Of a DNA stretch of 64,000 nucleotides, positions 24,429-38,102 are shown piece after piece. The first letter of the stretch is position 1. Each line of letters begins with the position of its first letter. The DNA comes from Mobula hypostoma (Eukaryota), in assembly GCF_963921235.1 (NCBI RefSeq), contig NC_086097.1, positions 14,880,001 to 14,944,000 of the forward strand, read 5' to 3'. The notes beneath the pieces were generated by a model that saw nothing but the letters and a program-made list of their open reading frames with translations, had not been told where the DNA came from and ran no database searches. Position numbers and translations under genes: made by a program.

Positions 24429-25067
24429 TGAATTTATTTGATCCCAGTATAGCAAACGTCTCAGTTGTAAAGTATTTAACTTACTTTCAAACCCTCTGCA
24501 GTCTCTCTTCTCTGCAGACCAACAAGCCTCTAATTTAGTCCTATTGATTTTCACTAAAGTAAATTGCTCCACAAGTCGTGGTTGTACCTCCAGCTCAGGA
24601 ATCCACACCCACCCCCAAACATCTTCACCTCTCTTCCTCCATTTCTTTCTCAAAAAATGCTGGCAATGTCAAAAATATCCCAGAAAAATAAATGCATGAA
24701 TAAACATTCCTCGAAACCGTATATTTTCTAAATTTGCACTATTTGATTTAATTGTGAAATCCTTTATAAGTCACCATACAGATAGAAACTCATGTCCGAG
24801 GAGTTGATAGGCGAGTGCTCTCAGTGTCTGGAGACAATGAGTGGAATTGGAGGGAAGTTCACCCAGCCGAATGCAGGTGCTGGTGGCGGGACTGGTTGGG
24901 GCTCTGGTACTACCTCTGCCTCACACTGCCAGAGACACGGGTTCAATCCTCAGCTGCTGCCTCTGCTGAGTTTGCACGTTCTCCCTGGGTTTCCTACAGA
25001 TGCTCCAGTTTCCTCTTACATCCCAGAGACGTACAGGTCTGTTGGTTGGCTGACCAACGTGAAGTAC

Positions 25068-25738
25068 GTAAGAACATAAGATATAGGAGCAGGAGTCGAC
25101 CATTCAATATCATGGCTGATCTGTCCGTGGACTCATCTCCACTTACCTGCCTTTTCCTCATATCCCTTAATTCCCCTACTATGCAAAAATCTATCCAACC
25201 TTGTTTCAAATATAGTTACTAAGGTATCCTCCACTGCTTCAGTGGGCAGAGAATTCCACAGATTCACCACTCTTTGGGAAAAGCATTTCCTCCTCACCTC
25301 CATCCTAAATTTACTCCCCAACTCTTGAGGCTATATCCCTTATAGTTCTATTCCCACCTACCAGTGGAAGCTACCTGCCTCTATCTTTTCTATCCCTTTC
25401 GTAATTTTATATGTTTCTATAAGATCTCCTCTCATCTTTCGGAATTCCAGCGAGTACAGTCCCAGGTGACTCAACATCTCCTCATAGTCTAACTCCCTCA
25501 TCTCTGGAATCAACCTGGTGAAAATCCTCTGCACACCCTCCAAAGCCAGTATATCCTTCCTTAAGTAAGGAGACCAGAACTGCACGCAGTACTCCAAATG
25601 CGGCCCCACTAATACCCTACACAGTTGCAGCATAACCTCCCTGTGCTTAAATTCGATCCCTCTAGCAATGAAGGCCAACATTCCATTCGCCTTCTTTTAC
25701 CATTTAAACAATAATCTGATCTTCCATCTTTCCTTCCA
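25068..25738 (-). mobile_element. CR1 3' fragment
   Basis: ORFs 25358..25681 (MLAFIARGIEFK...PHLEYCVQFWSPYLRKD) and 25133..25321; short-repeat tail at ~25068. Confidence 0.9.
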
Positions 25739-25744
25739 AAGTGG

Positions 25745-28700
25745 AAAACCAAAAGACCATAAGACATAGGAGCAGAATTAGATCATTTGGCACATCAAGT
25801 CTGGCCACTGCAGCTGCCTGTGCATAAATTCCACAAATTTACCACTCTCTGGCTATAAAAATTCCTTCACACCTCTGTTTTAAGTGGACACCCCTCTATC
25901 CTGAGGCTGTGCCCTCTTGTCCTAGACACTGCACCATGGGAAACATCCTTTCCACCTCTGCTCTGCCTGGGCCTTTCAGCATTCAAAAGGTTTCAGTGAG
26001 ATTCCCCTCATCCTTCAAAATTCCAGCGAGTACAGACCCCGAGCTATCAAATGTCCCTTGTATGATAACCCTTTCATTACTGGAATCATCCATGTGAACC
26101 TCCTCTGAACCCTCTCCAATGCCAGCACATCTTTTCTTAGATGAGGAGCCCAAAACTGTTCAAAATACTCAAGGTGAGGCCTCACCAGCGGCTTATAAGC
26201 CTCAGCATCACATCCCTGCTCTTGTATTCTAGACTCTTGAAATGAATGCAAACATGGCATTTGCCGTCCTCACCACCGACTCTACTGCAAGTTAACTTTT
26301 AGGGTGTTCTGCAGAAGGACTCCCAAGTCCCTTTGCATCTCAGATTGTTTGGATTTTCTCCCTGTTTAGAAAATAGTTGGCACATTTATTTCTAATACCA
26401 AAGTGCATGGCCATGCATTTTCCTACAGTGTATTTCATTTGCCACTCTCTTGCTATTCTCTATATCCTTCTGTAGCCTACCTGTTTCCTCAACACTACTT
26501 GCCCCTCTACCAATCTTCATATCATCTGCAAACTTGGCAACAAAGCCATCTATTCCATCATCTAAATCATTGACATACAGCATAGAAAGAAGTGGTCCCA
26601 ACACTGACCCCTGCAGAACACCACTAAACACCTGCAACCAACCAGAAAACGATCCTTTTTATTCCCACTCGCTGCCTCCGATCAATGCTCTAACTACGCT
26701 AGAAACTTCCCTGTAATTCCATAGGCTCTTAACTTGGTAAGCAGCCTCATGTGTGGCACCTTGTCAAAGGCCTTCAGAAAGTCCAAATTATCAACATCAC
26801 TGCATCCCCTTTATCTATCCTACACGTAATCTCCTCAAAGAATTCCAGCAGGTTCCTCAGGTAAGATTTTCCCTTTAAGAAAACTATTCTGACTTTGTCC
26901 TATCTTGTCATGTATCACCAAGTACTCCATCACCTCATCCTTAACAATCGACTCCAACATCTTCCCACCACTGAGCTCAGGCTAACTGGTCTATAATTTC
27001 CTTTCTGCTGCCTTCCTCCTTTCTTTAACATAGAACATAGAATAGTACAGCACAGTACAGGCCCTTCGGCCCACAATGTTGTGCCGACCCTCAAACCCTG
27101 CCTCCCTTATAAGCCCCCACCTTAAGTTCCTCCATATACCTGTCTAGTAGTCTCTTAAACTTCACTGGTGTATCTGCCTCCACCACTGACTCAGGCAGTG
27201 CATTCCACGCACCATCCACTCTCTGAGTAAAAAACCTTCCTCTAATATCCCCCTTGAACTTCCCACCCCTTACCTTAAAGCCATGTCCTCTTGTATTGAG
27301 CAGTGGTGCCCTGGGGAAGAGGTGCTGGCTATCCACTCTATCTATTCATCTTAATATCTTGTACACCTCTATCATGTCTCCTCTCATCCTCCTTCTCTCC
27401 AAAGAGTAAAGCCCTAGCTCCCTTAATCTCTGATCATAATGCATACTCTCTAAACCAGGCAGCATCCTAAGTGGAATGACATTTGCAATTTTCCAGTCCT
27501 CTGGCACTGTGCCAGAGTCCAATGATTTTTCAAAGATCATTACTAATGCCTCCACAATCTCTACCGCTACCTCTTTCAGAACCCTAGGGTGCAGTTCATC
27601 TGGTCCGGGTGATTTATGTACCCTTAGGTCTTTCAGCTTTTTGAGCACCTTCTCCCTTGAACAGTAAATGCACTCACTTCTTTTTCCTCACACCCTTTAA
27701 CATCTGGCACACTGCTAGTGTCTTCCACAGTGAAGACTGATGAAAATACCCATTTAGCTCATCTGCCATTTCCTTGGTCCCCATTATTATTTCTCCAGCT
27801 TCATTTTCTAGCAGTCCTATATCCACTCTATCTCGCTTTTTTTTTTACATACCTAAGAAAGCTTTTACTATCCACTTTGATATTGTTTGCTAGCTTGCTT
27901 TCATATCATCTTTTTCCTCCTAATGATTCTTTTAATTGCTCTCTGTAGGGTTTTAAAAGCTTCCTAATCCTCTGTCTTCCCAATAATTTTTGCTTTGTTG
28001 TATGGTCTCTCTTTTGCTTTTACATTAGCTTTGATTTCCCTTGCCAGCCACGGTTGACTATTTCACCATTTGAGTATTTCTTTGTTTTTGGAATACATCT
28101 ATCCTGCACGTTCTCATTTTCCCCGAAACTCATGCCATTGCTGCTCTGCTGTCATCCCTACCAGCATCTCCTTCCAATTTACTTTGGCCAATTCCACTCT
28201 CATACTACTGTAATTTCCTATGCTCCACTGGAATACTGCTACATCAGACTTTACTTTCTCCCTATCAAATTTCAAGTTGAACACAATCATATTGTGATCA
28301 CTGGTTCCTAAGGGTTCTTTTACCTTAAGCTTCCAGTTCATTACATACTACCCAATCCAGTTAGCTGATCCTCTAGTAGGCCCAACAACAAGCTGCTCTC
28401 ATTCAACAAACTCACTCTCTTGGGGTCTATTTTCAACTTGATTTTCCCAGTCGACCTGCAAGTTGAAATTCTCCATGACGATCATAGCATTGCCCTTTTG
28501 ACAGGCCTTTTCTATTTCCTGATGTAATCTATGGTCCACGTCGCAGCTAATGTTGGGAGGCCCGTATGTAACTGCCATCAAGGTCCTTTACCCTTGTAGT
28601 TTCTTAACTCAACCTACAAGAATTCAACATCTTCTAATCCTATATCACATCTTTCTACTAATATGATGCCATTCTTTATTAGCAGAGCCACGCCACCCTC

Positions 28701-29690
28701 TCTGTCAACCTTTTTATCCCTCTGATGCATCGTGTAACCTTGGACATTCAGCTCCCAAATACAACCATCCTTCAGCCACAATGCAGTGGGCCACAACATT
28801 ATACCTGACAATCTGTAATAGTGCAACAAGATCATCCACCTTATTTCTTATACTCCGTGCATTGAGATATAACACTGAACGCTGCATTTGCTACCCTGTT
28901 TGATTCGGCATCCCTAATGCACTGATACTCACCCTGCTGGCTGCAATTATGTCCTATTATCTGCCTGCCCTTCCCGACAGTCTGACTGCATGCTCTCTTT
29001 GCTTTTTTGCCATCTGTCCTATCCTGTGTCCCTTCACTCCGGTTCCTACCCCTGCTATATTATTTTAAACCCTCCCCAACAGCTCTAACAAATCTGCCCG
29101 CAAGAATACTCGTTCCCCTTGGTTTCAGGTACAACCCATCACATTTGAACAGGTCATACCTCCTCCACAAGAGATCCCAATGACCTAAGAACCTGAAGCC
29201 CTGCCCCCTGCACCAGCTTCTCAGCCACACATTAATTTGCCAAATCATCCTATTTCTACCCTCACTGGCACGTGGCACAGGTAGCAATCCAGAAATTACT
29301 ATCCGGGAGGTCCTGCTACTCAGCTTTCTGCCTAGCACTCTAATTTCCCTTTTCAGAACCTTTTTGCTCTTCCTTCCTATGTCATAGCTACCAATATGTA
29401 CCAAGACATCTGGCTGTTCTCCCTCTCTCTCCAAGATGTTGTGGATGCGATCTGAAGCGTCCTGACCTGAGAGGCAGGCAACATATCATTCGGGGCGTCC
29501 CATTCACATCCACAGCATCTCCTGTCTGCTCCCCTGATTATTGAATCCCCTATCACTACTGCTCCCCTCTTCTCCGTTTTCTTTTCTGCAGCACAGACCC
29601 ATGCTCAGTGCCAGTAAGCCGGTCTCCGTGGCATCCCCCGGGAGGTTATCTCCCACAACAGTAAACAAAGCAGTATACTTATTATTGAGT
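25745..29690 (-). mobile_element. Long decayed CR1 LINE: ORF1 SGNH-esterase domain, APE endonuclease and RT
   Basis: ORF1 29060..29434 (PDVLVHIGSYD...ISGLLPVP...DGLYL); endonuclease 28114-28835 (PLGTSDHNMI); RT 26392..26637 (GVLQGSVLGPLL...KFADD); C-terminus 26015..26260. Confidence 0.92.
27027..27468 (-). mobile_element. Younger 5'-truncated CR1 nested inside the long CR1
   Basis: Near-intact C-terminal peptide (RMLPGLESMHYDQRLRELGLYSLERRRMRGD...RFFTQRV) with a (catagaa)n tail at 27029-27042, interrupting the host RT after 'WKIANVIPL'. Confidence 0.88.
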
Positions 29691-29794
29691 AATAAGTATA
29701 TTACTTATAAAGCAATATACTCTCAGGGAAGAGAACTGGTGCCTAGGTAGTGAGTAGAATCTGAGAGCAGTTGATGGGAACGTGGGATTACTTA

Positions 29795-30080
29795 ATTTAT
29801 TTTATTTAGGGATACAGTACAGAACAGGCCCTTCTGGCCCAACGAGCTGCACCATCCAGAAACCCACCTATGTAACCCTAGCCTAATCACAGGACAATTT
29901 GCAATGACTAATTAACCTATTGACTGGTATGCCTTCAGACTGTGGGAGGAAACCGGAATACCCGGAGCAAATCCATGCAGTCACGGTGGGAGGACGTGCA
30001 AACTCCTTATGGACAGTGGCAGAACTGAGCTCCCACACCCTGAGCTGTAATAGTGTTGTGCCAACCACTAGGCTACCATA
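29795..30080 (-). mobile_element. V-SINE (HE1-like), near full length
   Basis: Head, V-domain and (TAAA)n tail are all recognisable. Confidence 0.8.
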
Positions 30081-30369
30081 GTGTTTATTCAGCTAAGTTA
30101 ATTTGGAGAAGTGTCAATTGATTTTTGTTTGGAACAGGCTCATTGGGCCAAAAGGCCTGTTTGTGTGAGCAGGCCAGGACGGTGACAGCAAATCAGGACA
30201 GTTTATTGTCACTTCCATCAAGGTGCTCTGAAATTCCTTGCTTTAGTGCCAGTCAGAGAATAAACAACATACTTGATAATAAATGGTAAATACAACAATG
30301 AATATAGCAACAAACACAAAAATAACAGAATGATGAGAAAGGGAAAGAACCCCGTTATAGTGTACTTAC

Positions 30370-30536
30370 GTTGGAATACCAGCACGTGCCAGAACTTCTG
30401 CTTTCATTGCATAGAGTCGGTCACTTTTACTTACTCCCAGTTTTATCTTCACTCTATCGTGAGAGTTATTATTGAAGAAAAATCCATTGTGTATCACAAA
30501 TTCAGCATTGGATCGAGTCCCATAGAAAATGTAGAT
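30370..30536 (-). CDS. SETD3: SETD3 coding exon (167 bp), IYIFYGTRSNAEFVIHNGFFFNNNSHDRVKIKLGVSKSDRLYAMKAEVLARAGIP-T
   Basis: Translated by hand; contains the conserved IFYG tyrosine. Acceptor TTTCAG, donor GTAAGT. Confidence 0.98.
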
Positions 30537-30899
30537 CTGAAAAATTGAGTATTTTCTGTGTGAGTTGAGTGCAGACTATTTGGCAAATTACTGTAGCCAT
30601 GCAACTCCAAGTCTCAGATCCTAGTGCTCAGACAGCAAGTCTCCTCTTTGAATAAGAGTTTTTAGCAGCCTTGGCTTAACTTGCAAATACATTTTCCAAA
30701 AAGGATTCAGGGCTTACACTATTTTCAACTCCTTTTTACAGGGAGCCCTAAAAAGAAAACTTATCGTAAATAACTAACAAAGTGCAGAGGTACAAGAGTA
30801 AAATGTTCTTATTGTTTGAACTGTACAATGAAAAATCACTTGAAATAGAATGAGCAAACAAGGCAATTGTAGGAATGAACTAAAATACTACACTGCACT

Positions 30900-31130
30900 G
30901 CCCAGCAACCCACCAAATTAATCCTAGCCAAATCACAGGACAAAGTTACAATGACCAATTAACTTATTAACTGGTACATCTTTGGAGAAAACCAGAGAAC
31001 CCGTGGGAAACCCACACAGTCATGGGGAGGAACATGCAAACTCCTTACAGATGGTGCTAGAACCAAAAACCAAACTTTGGTGCCCCGATTTCTAATAGAG
31101 TTGTGCTAACTATAACTCTACAATGGTGCC
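30900..31130 (-). mobile_element. V-SINE
   Basis: Same family core as the other copies. Confidence 0.7.
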
Positions 31131-31254
31131 TTATACTTCAATAGTCTAACTCCTTAGTCTAGCTCCTTAGCACCTTTAATCCTAAAAAATTTTACATTGT
31201 CATCCAGGTTTGATATTTCAGGAATATACTAATAAAGTTTTGTTCCATCATTTA

Positions 31255-32995
31255 GAATTTATTTAAATCTTACATTCATACCACAACGTGAGGGAGCAAA
31301 AATCTTTGTGTTATGACTCTGTCACAGTGTACAGACATATGAATTCAAAAGTCTAATGACTTGTAGAAAGAAGCTGTTCCATAGCCTGTTGGTCCTGGTT
31401 TTAATGCTGTGATACCGTTTGCCAGACGGAAGCAGCTGAAACAGTTTATGGTTGGGGTGACTGGTGTCCCTGATGATCTTTCATGCCTTCTTTCTGCACC
31501 TGCATAAATATCCTCAATGGAGGGAAGTTCACATCCACAAATGTCCATACCAGTTTCTGCAGTGCCCTGATATCAAGGCTGGTGCAGTTCCTGTACCAGG
31601 TGGTGATAGAGCCCGTCAGCATGCTCTCAATGGTGTCCCTGCAGAAGGTCTTGAGGATCTGGGGGCCCAGGCAGAACTTCTTCAGTCGCCTGAGGTGGAA
31701 GAGACGCTGCTGTGCTTTTTTTTTTGCCACAAAGCCAGTGCGTACAGTCCAGGTGAGATCATCAGTGATGTGTATACCGAGGAACTTGAAACTACTCACC
31801 CTGCAAAACGGCAGACTCATTGATGTTGATCGGGGTGAGCCTGTCTCCATTCCTTCTGTAATCCACAATCAGCTCTCTTGATTTTTGGACATTGAGGGAG
31901 AGGTTGTTATCCTGGCACCACTGTGTCAGGGTGTCAACCTCTCCTCTGTAGGCTGTCTTATTACTGCTAGAAATAAGGCCGATCAAAGTAGAGTCATCTG
32001 CGAATTTGATCAGCAGATTGGAGCTGTGTGTGGCAGCAGAGTTGTGGGTGTAAAGGGAGTAGAGAAGGGGAATCAGAACACAATCCTGGAGGGCACCTCT
32101 GTTGAGGGACAGACAGGTAGAGGTGAGGGAGCCCATCCTTACCACCTTCGACGATCCGATGGGAAGTCTAGGATCCAGCAGCACAAGGTGGGGTGCAGGC
32201 CAAGGTCTCTGAGCTTCCTGTCAAGACTGGAGGGAATTATGGGAACTGTAGTCCAGGAACAGCATTCTAACGTATGCATCACTCTTCTCCAGGTGAGTGA
32301 AGATGGAGTGTAGTGCTGCGGCTGTGGCATCATTGGCAGACCAGTTCCATTGATAGGCAAATTGTAGGGGGTCCAGTGTGGGTGGCAGCATACTGCAGAT
32401 GTAGTCTTTAACCAGCCTCTCAAAGCATTTGCTTATAATTGAGGTGAGTGTGACAGGGTGTGCTATCTTAATGCTCTTAGGTACAGGGACAATAATGGAT
32501 GATTTGAAACAGGTGGGCACTACACACTGGGAGAGGGAGAGATTAAAAATGTCCAACACACCAGCCAGCTGTTCAGCAAACACTTTAAGGACGTGCCGTG
32601 GGATGCCGGCTAGCCCCCACTGCCTTGTGGTTGTTGACACATTGGAATGTTCTACATATCTCAGCCTCGGAGATGACCAAGATGCAGGTCTTGTCGGCAG
32701 CTCTCCTCGGGAGTTCAGTCCTATCAATGTCAAATCAAGCGTAAAAAACATTCAGCTTCTCCGTGAGCGAGGTGGCAACGTTGGCCGTGCTGCTGCGTTT
32801 CCTCCTGAAGCCCGTGATGGTGCGCAGTCCTTGCCATACGCTGCGAGTGTCATTGTCGCAGAGTCGTGACTGGATTTTGTCCTTGTGTTGCCGTTTTGCC
32901 AGCTTGATGGCTCTAAGTAAATTATCTCATGACTTCCTGTTGGTCTCTGGAGGCGAAGACTTTATCCCTTGTGCTGAGAGCAACACAGACTGAAC
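31255..32995 (-). mobile_element. Rex1/Babar-clade LINE, RT region to 3' end, frameshifted
   Basis: VPTCFKSSIIVPVPK...KCFERLV...LDPLQFAY...YVRMLFLDYSS...PLLYSLYTHN...LIKFADD...KAQQRLFHLRRLKK. Confidence 0.92.
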
Positions 32996-34801
32996 TATTT
33001 ATCCAAGGTGACTCATGCTGATTGCGACTTTTAAACTGAGGCCCATCTGACCGTAGAGAGGAGAATGGGAACTTTTTTGTTTCCGTTCTGACCAATAATC
33101 ATCTCTTATCAAAAATCAGATGATTTGGTTAATTTATTTCACAGCTGCATAAAAATTAACTGTCACATCTCCTATATCACTGCAGCAACAACATTTTTAA
33201 AGTACTTTACTGGGTGTAAGTGGTTTGGAAGATCTCAAAACCACAAAAGGTTTGTAACTACCTTTACAAAGTATTACTGGTAATCATGGTTTCATCTGTT
33301 GAGTCTTTAAGGTCCAGAATTGGCTCCTTAGATCTCACACCTTTTCTACCTTTTCCTTAAGACACGGGAGCAGAATAAAGCCACTTGAGTCCGCTCTGCC
33401 TTTCCATCATGGCTGATTCATTATCCCTCTCAACCTCATTCTCCAGCCTTCTCTCGGTAACATTTGACACCCTGACTAACCAAGAACCTATCAGCCTCTG
33501 CTCAATGACTTTTCATTCCTAAAAAGGTGCTTTTTAACAACCAAATTTTGATCATTGGTACTAATATTTGTCAAGTTTTGTTTTATAATATTGCTGTTCA
33601 GTGCCTTGAGATCTTTTAAAATGATAGAGTCATACAGTAGTACAGAACAAAAACAGGTGCTTCGGCCCAACTTGAGTATGGCAACTCAGATTCCTGTTTA
33701 AGCTAGAACCACATGCCCATGATTGGCCCACATTCCTGTAAACCTTTCTGATCCAGGTACACATCAAGATTACTTTGTTCAAGACTTTACACAAACCTGC
33801 ATTATTAAATTTTGCATATGATCTTTTAAAATTTGAAACAAGTTCCCATCTTTTTAAAATTATTATACACAAATACACTGCAGTACAGAAACATGCCATT
33901 CGGTCCATCTAGTCTGTGCCGAACTGTTATTCTGCCTAGTTTCATCATCTTGCACCTGGACCACAGGTCTCTACACCCCTCTTATCCACGTACTTAATAG
34001 AGTATTTTAGTTGGAGTATAAGTGTACATAGAAGGATATTAAAAATAAAAAATTGCTCAGCGTCTTTACACTGGAAGTGTGGTCAACAAGATCCAAACCA
34101 GTTCATATACATTTTTCATTGATTAGCTAAACAGGGTGGTACTTGGCCATATAGAGCAGGCACTGTTCACACTTTATGCCAATGCACTCCGCTTAAATGT
34201 TCAGCAAACAACCCCAAAGACAATTTTCACTAGTATTTTCCTGTATTCTTTAAGCTAGTAAGGTACATAGGTCTGAACCCAAGCTGCAGCAAGTTTGATT
34301 TGGGAACTTTTCCATGCTATCCTCCTGAATTTTCACTTTGTGACTTCAGTAACTTATATGAAGAGTCTGGGCTCATCATGCGCTGACAGCACTTTCACAA
34401 GACTTTCATCTTAACCCAAGCTTGATACGTTTTTAGACAATGTGTAAAAACTGTGGAAAATCCTACTGAAACAGTAACACCTTCAAGCAACAAACAGTGT
34501 GCGAAATGAAGCACAAGCATTGACAAAGGTGAGGGTTAGCATTTAAACCCTCAAAACTGGTCGTTATTTTTTTCCCCCACATCCCCACTCTCGTTGTCCT
34601 ATTTGTTTCGAATTTAGATTTAAATAAATTCATTCCAGAAAAAGCAGATTCTCAACTTCTCTGCAGTGAGTGCCACTTCTGTAGAAAACACAAGTTTTTT
34701 TATCCTTGCCTACAAGTACCATTACTATAATGGAATGATGTTAATGCGGCTTTCTTTACAAATCCCTTGAGAAATATGAAACCTATAATTTTCTTTCTTA
34801 C

Positions 34802-34876
34802 CTGGTCTTCAGCTTTGTAATCCTGTAGAGCCACACATTCACATCTGTCATCCTCTAAGTTGTATCCAGTTGTGAT
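34802..34876 (-). CDS. SETD3: SETD3 coding exon (75 bp), ITTGYNLEDDRCECVALQDYKAEDQ
   Basis: Translated by hand (not in the ORF track). Acceptor TTGTAG, donor GTAAGA, phase 0 at both ends. Confidence 0.98.
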
Positions 34877-35009
34877 CTACAAAGGGAAGAGCTGAACGTA
34901 AAGAGGGTGTATATAGAAGTAGCACAGAAAACAGGGATCTCCGAAGTTTTTTTTAAATAATTTAGGATACGGATAAAGTGACCTGTGTGTGTAAAACAGC
35001 AGAAGGCCA

Positions 35010-35860
35010 GAAGACACAGGAGCAGAATTAGGCCATTCAGTCCATCAAGTCTGTTCCACTATTTCATCATGTCCGATTAATTTTCCCTTTCAACCCCATT
35101 CTTCTGCCTTCTCAAAGTTCAAAGTAAGTTTATCATCAGAATACATACATATCACCATATACTACCCTGAGATTTATTTTCTTGCAGGCATTCACAGTAG
35201 AACAAAGAAATACAATGGAATCAATGAAAAACTACACCCAAAGATTGATGAGCAAGAAGTTTGCCAAAAAACAATGTTTCCCCCTAACCTTTGATGACCT
35301 TACTAACCTAGAAGGGTGGAGAGGTGTAAGGCCTCTAACCTGCAGGCCCCCTTGGACAAGGTGTAGTACCTGCTTAGCCGCACCCCCTCACCTACAATCA
35401 GGGTCATGTGAGGCCATGGGAGAAGGTGGTGGATGGTCGTGGGAGCAGCTGGTGCACTTCACAGGTCCTGGTTATGGGACCACTGACACCAGGGAGACAA
35501 TCTCTGAAGAGTACTGATAATGGCTGGGGTTGCCAGTCCTGTAAGGACACTATCCAGAAGAACGACAAACTGCTTTTGTAGAAAGATTTGCCAAGAATAA
35601 TCATAGTCACCTACATCATACGACACAGCACATTAATGAATGAACAAACTGATCTCGAACCTGTAAACCTTGGGTATTAAGTATAATGACTTGGCCTCCA
35701 CAACCATCTTTGGCAATGAATTCTACAGATTTAACTCCCTGAGGCTAAAGTAATTCCCCCTCTTCTCTGTTCTGAAGGAATGTCTTTGTATTCTGAGGCT
35801 ATGCCCTCTGATCGTGGACTCTGCCACTAATGGAAACATCCTCTGCACATCCACTCTATC
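35010..35860 (-). mobile_element. CR1 3' fragment split by a Rex1-type tail (about 35114-35277) and an RTE-related SINE (35311-35646)
   Basis: The CR1 tail at 35010-35113 resumes at ~35278-35310 and again at ~35650-35860 (ORF 35723..35905). Confidence 0.7.
35311..35646 (+). mobile_element. RTE-related SINE-like element, copy 2
   Basis: Reverse complement of the 8465-8822 family; ends catacgacacagcacattaatgaatgaac. Confidence 0.75.
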
Positions 35861-36127
35861 AGAGGGGAAATATGTCTTATTCCGTATATCATGATGCAAA
35901 AACAAATGACAGTTTATCGATCTTCAAGGAGCGGTGCCTCAGAAAGGCAGTGTCAATCATTAATGACCCCTATCACTCAGGTCATTTCTTGTTCTCATAG
36001 CTACCATCAGGAAGGAGGTACAGAAGTCTGAAGACATACACTCAATGACTGAGGAACAGCTTCTTCCACTCTGCCATCAGACTTCTGAATGGACACTGAA
36101 CCCATGTCATTCTGGCAATTCCCTTCT

Positions 36128-38102
36128 CCCCCTTGGAAGTTTGCATGTTTTACTGTTTTACAACATTGATTCACAGTAGATTTAATTTAGCTTTTTTTGA
36201 CACTAATCAACAGAAAAAGACTCTTTGGTGTCAAGGTGAAAACAGATCTCTACAAAGTGATCTAAATAAATTACAAATGTAAAACACAAAATAATTGATT
36301 GCATAAGTATTCACTTCCTTTAATATGACACAGCAGATCGTCACTGGTGCAGGTAATTGGTTTTAGAAGTCACATAATTAGTTTAATGGAGATTACCTGT
36401 GTGCAGTCAAGGTGTATCAGTTGACTGTAGTAAAAATACACCTGTATCTGGAAGGTCCAGCTGTTCGTAGGTCAGTATCCTGACAAAAATTACACCATGA
36501 AGAGAAAAGAACACGCCAAGGAACTCCGCAAAAAGGATATTGAAAAGCAAAGTCAGGAGATGAATACAAGAAAATTTCCAAGTCACCAAACATCCGTCGG
36601 AGTACCAGTCACTTTGGGCAGATTGGGCTTGTCAGCCATGGTTGGCAGCTCCCCTAGGAGAAGGAAAACTCTGATCTCAAACCTCAGCTGCCTTGTGGCT
36701 GTACCCACGTACGAGGAAGGCTTTGGAGTAAGCCCCGAGGAAACAATCTGGAGCTGGAGTCTCTAAGGCAACCCTAGATTGAGTTCAGTACTGACCAGCC
36801 ACTCCTGCAAAGCTGCTCGTACTAAACTATATTGGTCTCTGCTGTTCCTTTGGGTTCATCAGATGTGTGGAGAGGGGAAGCTTGCTACATGGGCAACAGC
36901 TTGCCCTCCATATCGTACCGCCCAGGCTTGTGTATCTAGACAGCTAGGATGCAATATCCGTGGCTAACTCTGACCAACAGCGGCCCTCAATTCACCTCAT
37001 GGTTAAGTCAATCATCAAAAAAATGGAAATATGGCACAGTTGTAAATCTGCCTAGAGCAGGTTGTCTTCAAAAACGGAGTGACCGTGCAAGAAGGGGACT
37101 AGTGAGGGAGGCCACCAAGAGACCTATGACAACTCTGGAGTTACAAGCTTCAGTTGCTGAGATGGGAGAGACTGCACACACAATCACTGTTGCCAGGTGC
37201 TTCACCAGTCACAGCTTTATGGGAGAGTGGCAAAGAGAAAGCCACTGTCGAAAATAATTCTCATGAAATCTCAGCTAGAGTTTGCCAGAAGGCAAATGGG
37301 AGACTCTGAAGTCAGTTGGAAGAAGGTTCCATGGTCTGATAAAACCAAAATTGAGCTTTTTGGCCATCAGATTGAGCGCTATGTTTGGCATAAGCTAAAT
37401 ACCACACATCATCAAAACACACCATCTCTACTGTGAAGCACAGTGGTGGCTGCATCACGTTGTGGGGATGGTTCACTGCAGCAGACCCTGGAAGGCTTGT
37501 GAAGGTAGAGAGTAAAATTAATGCAGCAAAATAGAGGAAATCCTGGAGGAAAACCTGATGCAGTCTGGAAGAGAACCAGGACTTGGGAGAAGGTTTGTTT
37601 ACCACCAAGACAATGACCCCCAAGCATAAAGCCAAAGCTGTACAGGAATGGCTTAAAAACAACAAAGTTAATGTCTTGCAGTAGCCAAGTTAGAGTCCAG
37701 ACCTCAACCCAATTAAGACTTTGTGGCTGGACTTGAAATCACAATCCCTATGCAATCTGACAGAGCTTGAGCAGTTTTGGAAAGAAGAATGGAGAAAAAT
37801 TATAATGTCCAGATGTGCAAAGCTGATAGAGACCTATCCACACCAGACTCACGGCTGTAATTGTTGGCGAAGGTACATCTACTGACTTGAAGGGATTGAA
37901 TACTTAGGTAAACAATTATTTGTTTTATATTTGTAATTAATTTAGACCTTGTAGAGATCTGTTTTCACTTTGATACAAAAGGGTCTTTTTCTGTTGATCA
38001 GTGTCAAATTTTTTAAAAAGCCAAATTAAATCCACCATGATTCAATGTTGTAAAAGAAAACATGGAAACTTCCAAGGGGGTGAATACTTTTTATAAGCAC
38101 TG
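36128..38102 (+). mobile_element. Tc1-family DNA transposon (Passport-like, long TIRs), defective
   Basis: About 200-bp inverted repeats at 36128-36322 and ~37887-38102, ending CACTG. Transposase from ATG 36497: MKRKEHAKELR...KKWKYGTVVNLPRAG...LYGRVAKRKPL...WSDKTKIELFG...VKHSGG...HQDNDPKH...PSxSPDLNPI, with stops and frameshifts. Confidence 0.93.
36590..36990 (+). mobile_element. ~400-bp insertion inside the Tc1 transposase, probably a Vingi/ingi-related non-autonomous element
   Basis: Interrupts the transposase between the 'KISKS'-equivalent and 'SIIKKW' segments. Contains ggagaaggaaaactctgatctcaaacctc, which I recall from Vingi 5' regions. Its 3' end resembles 55168-55273. Confidence 0.6.
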
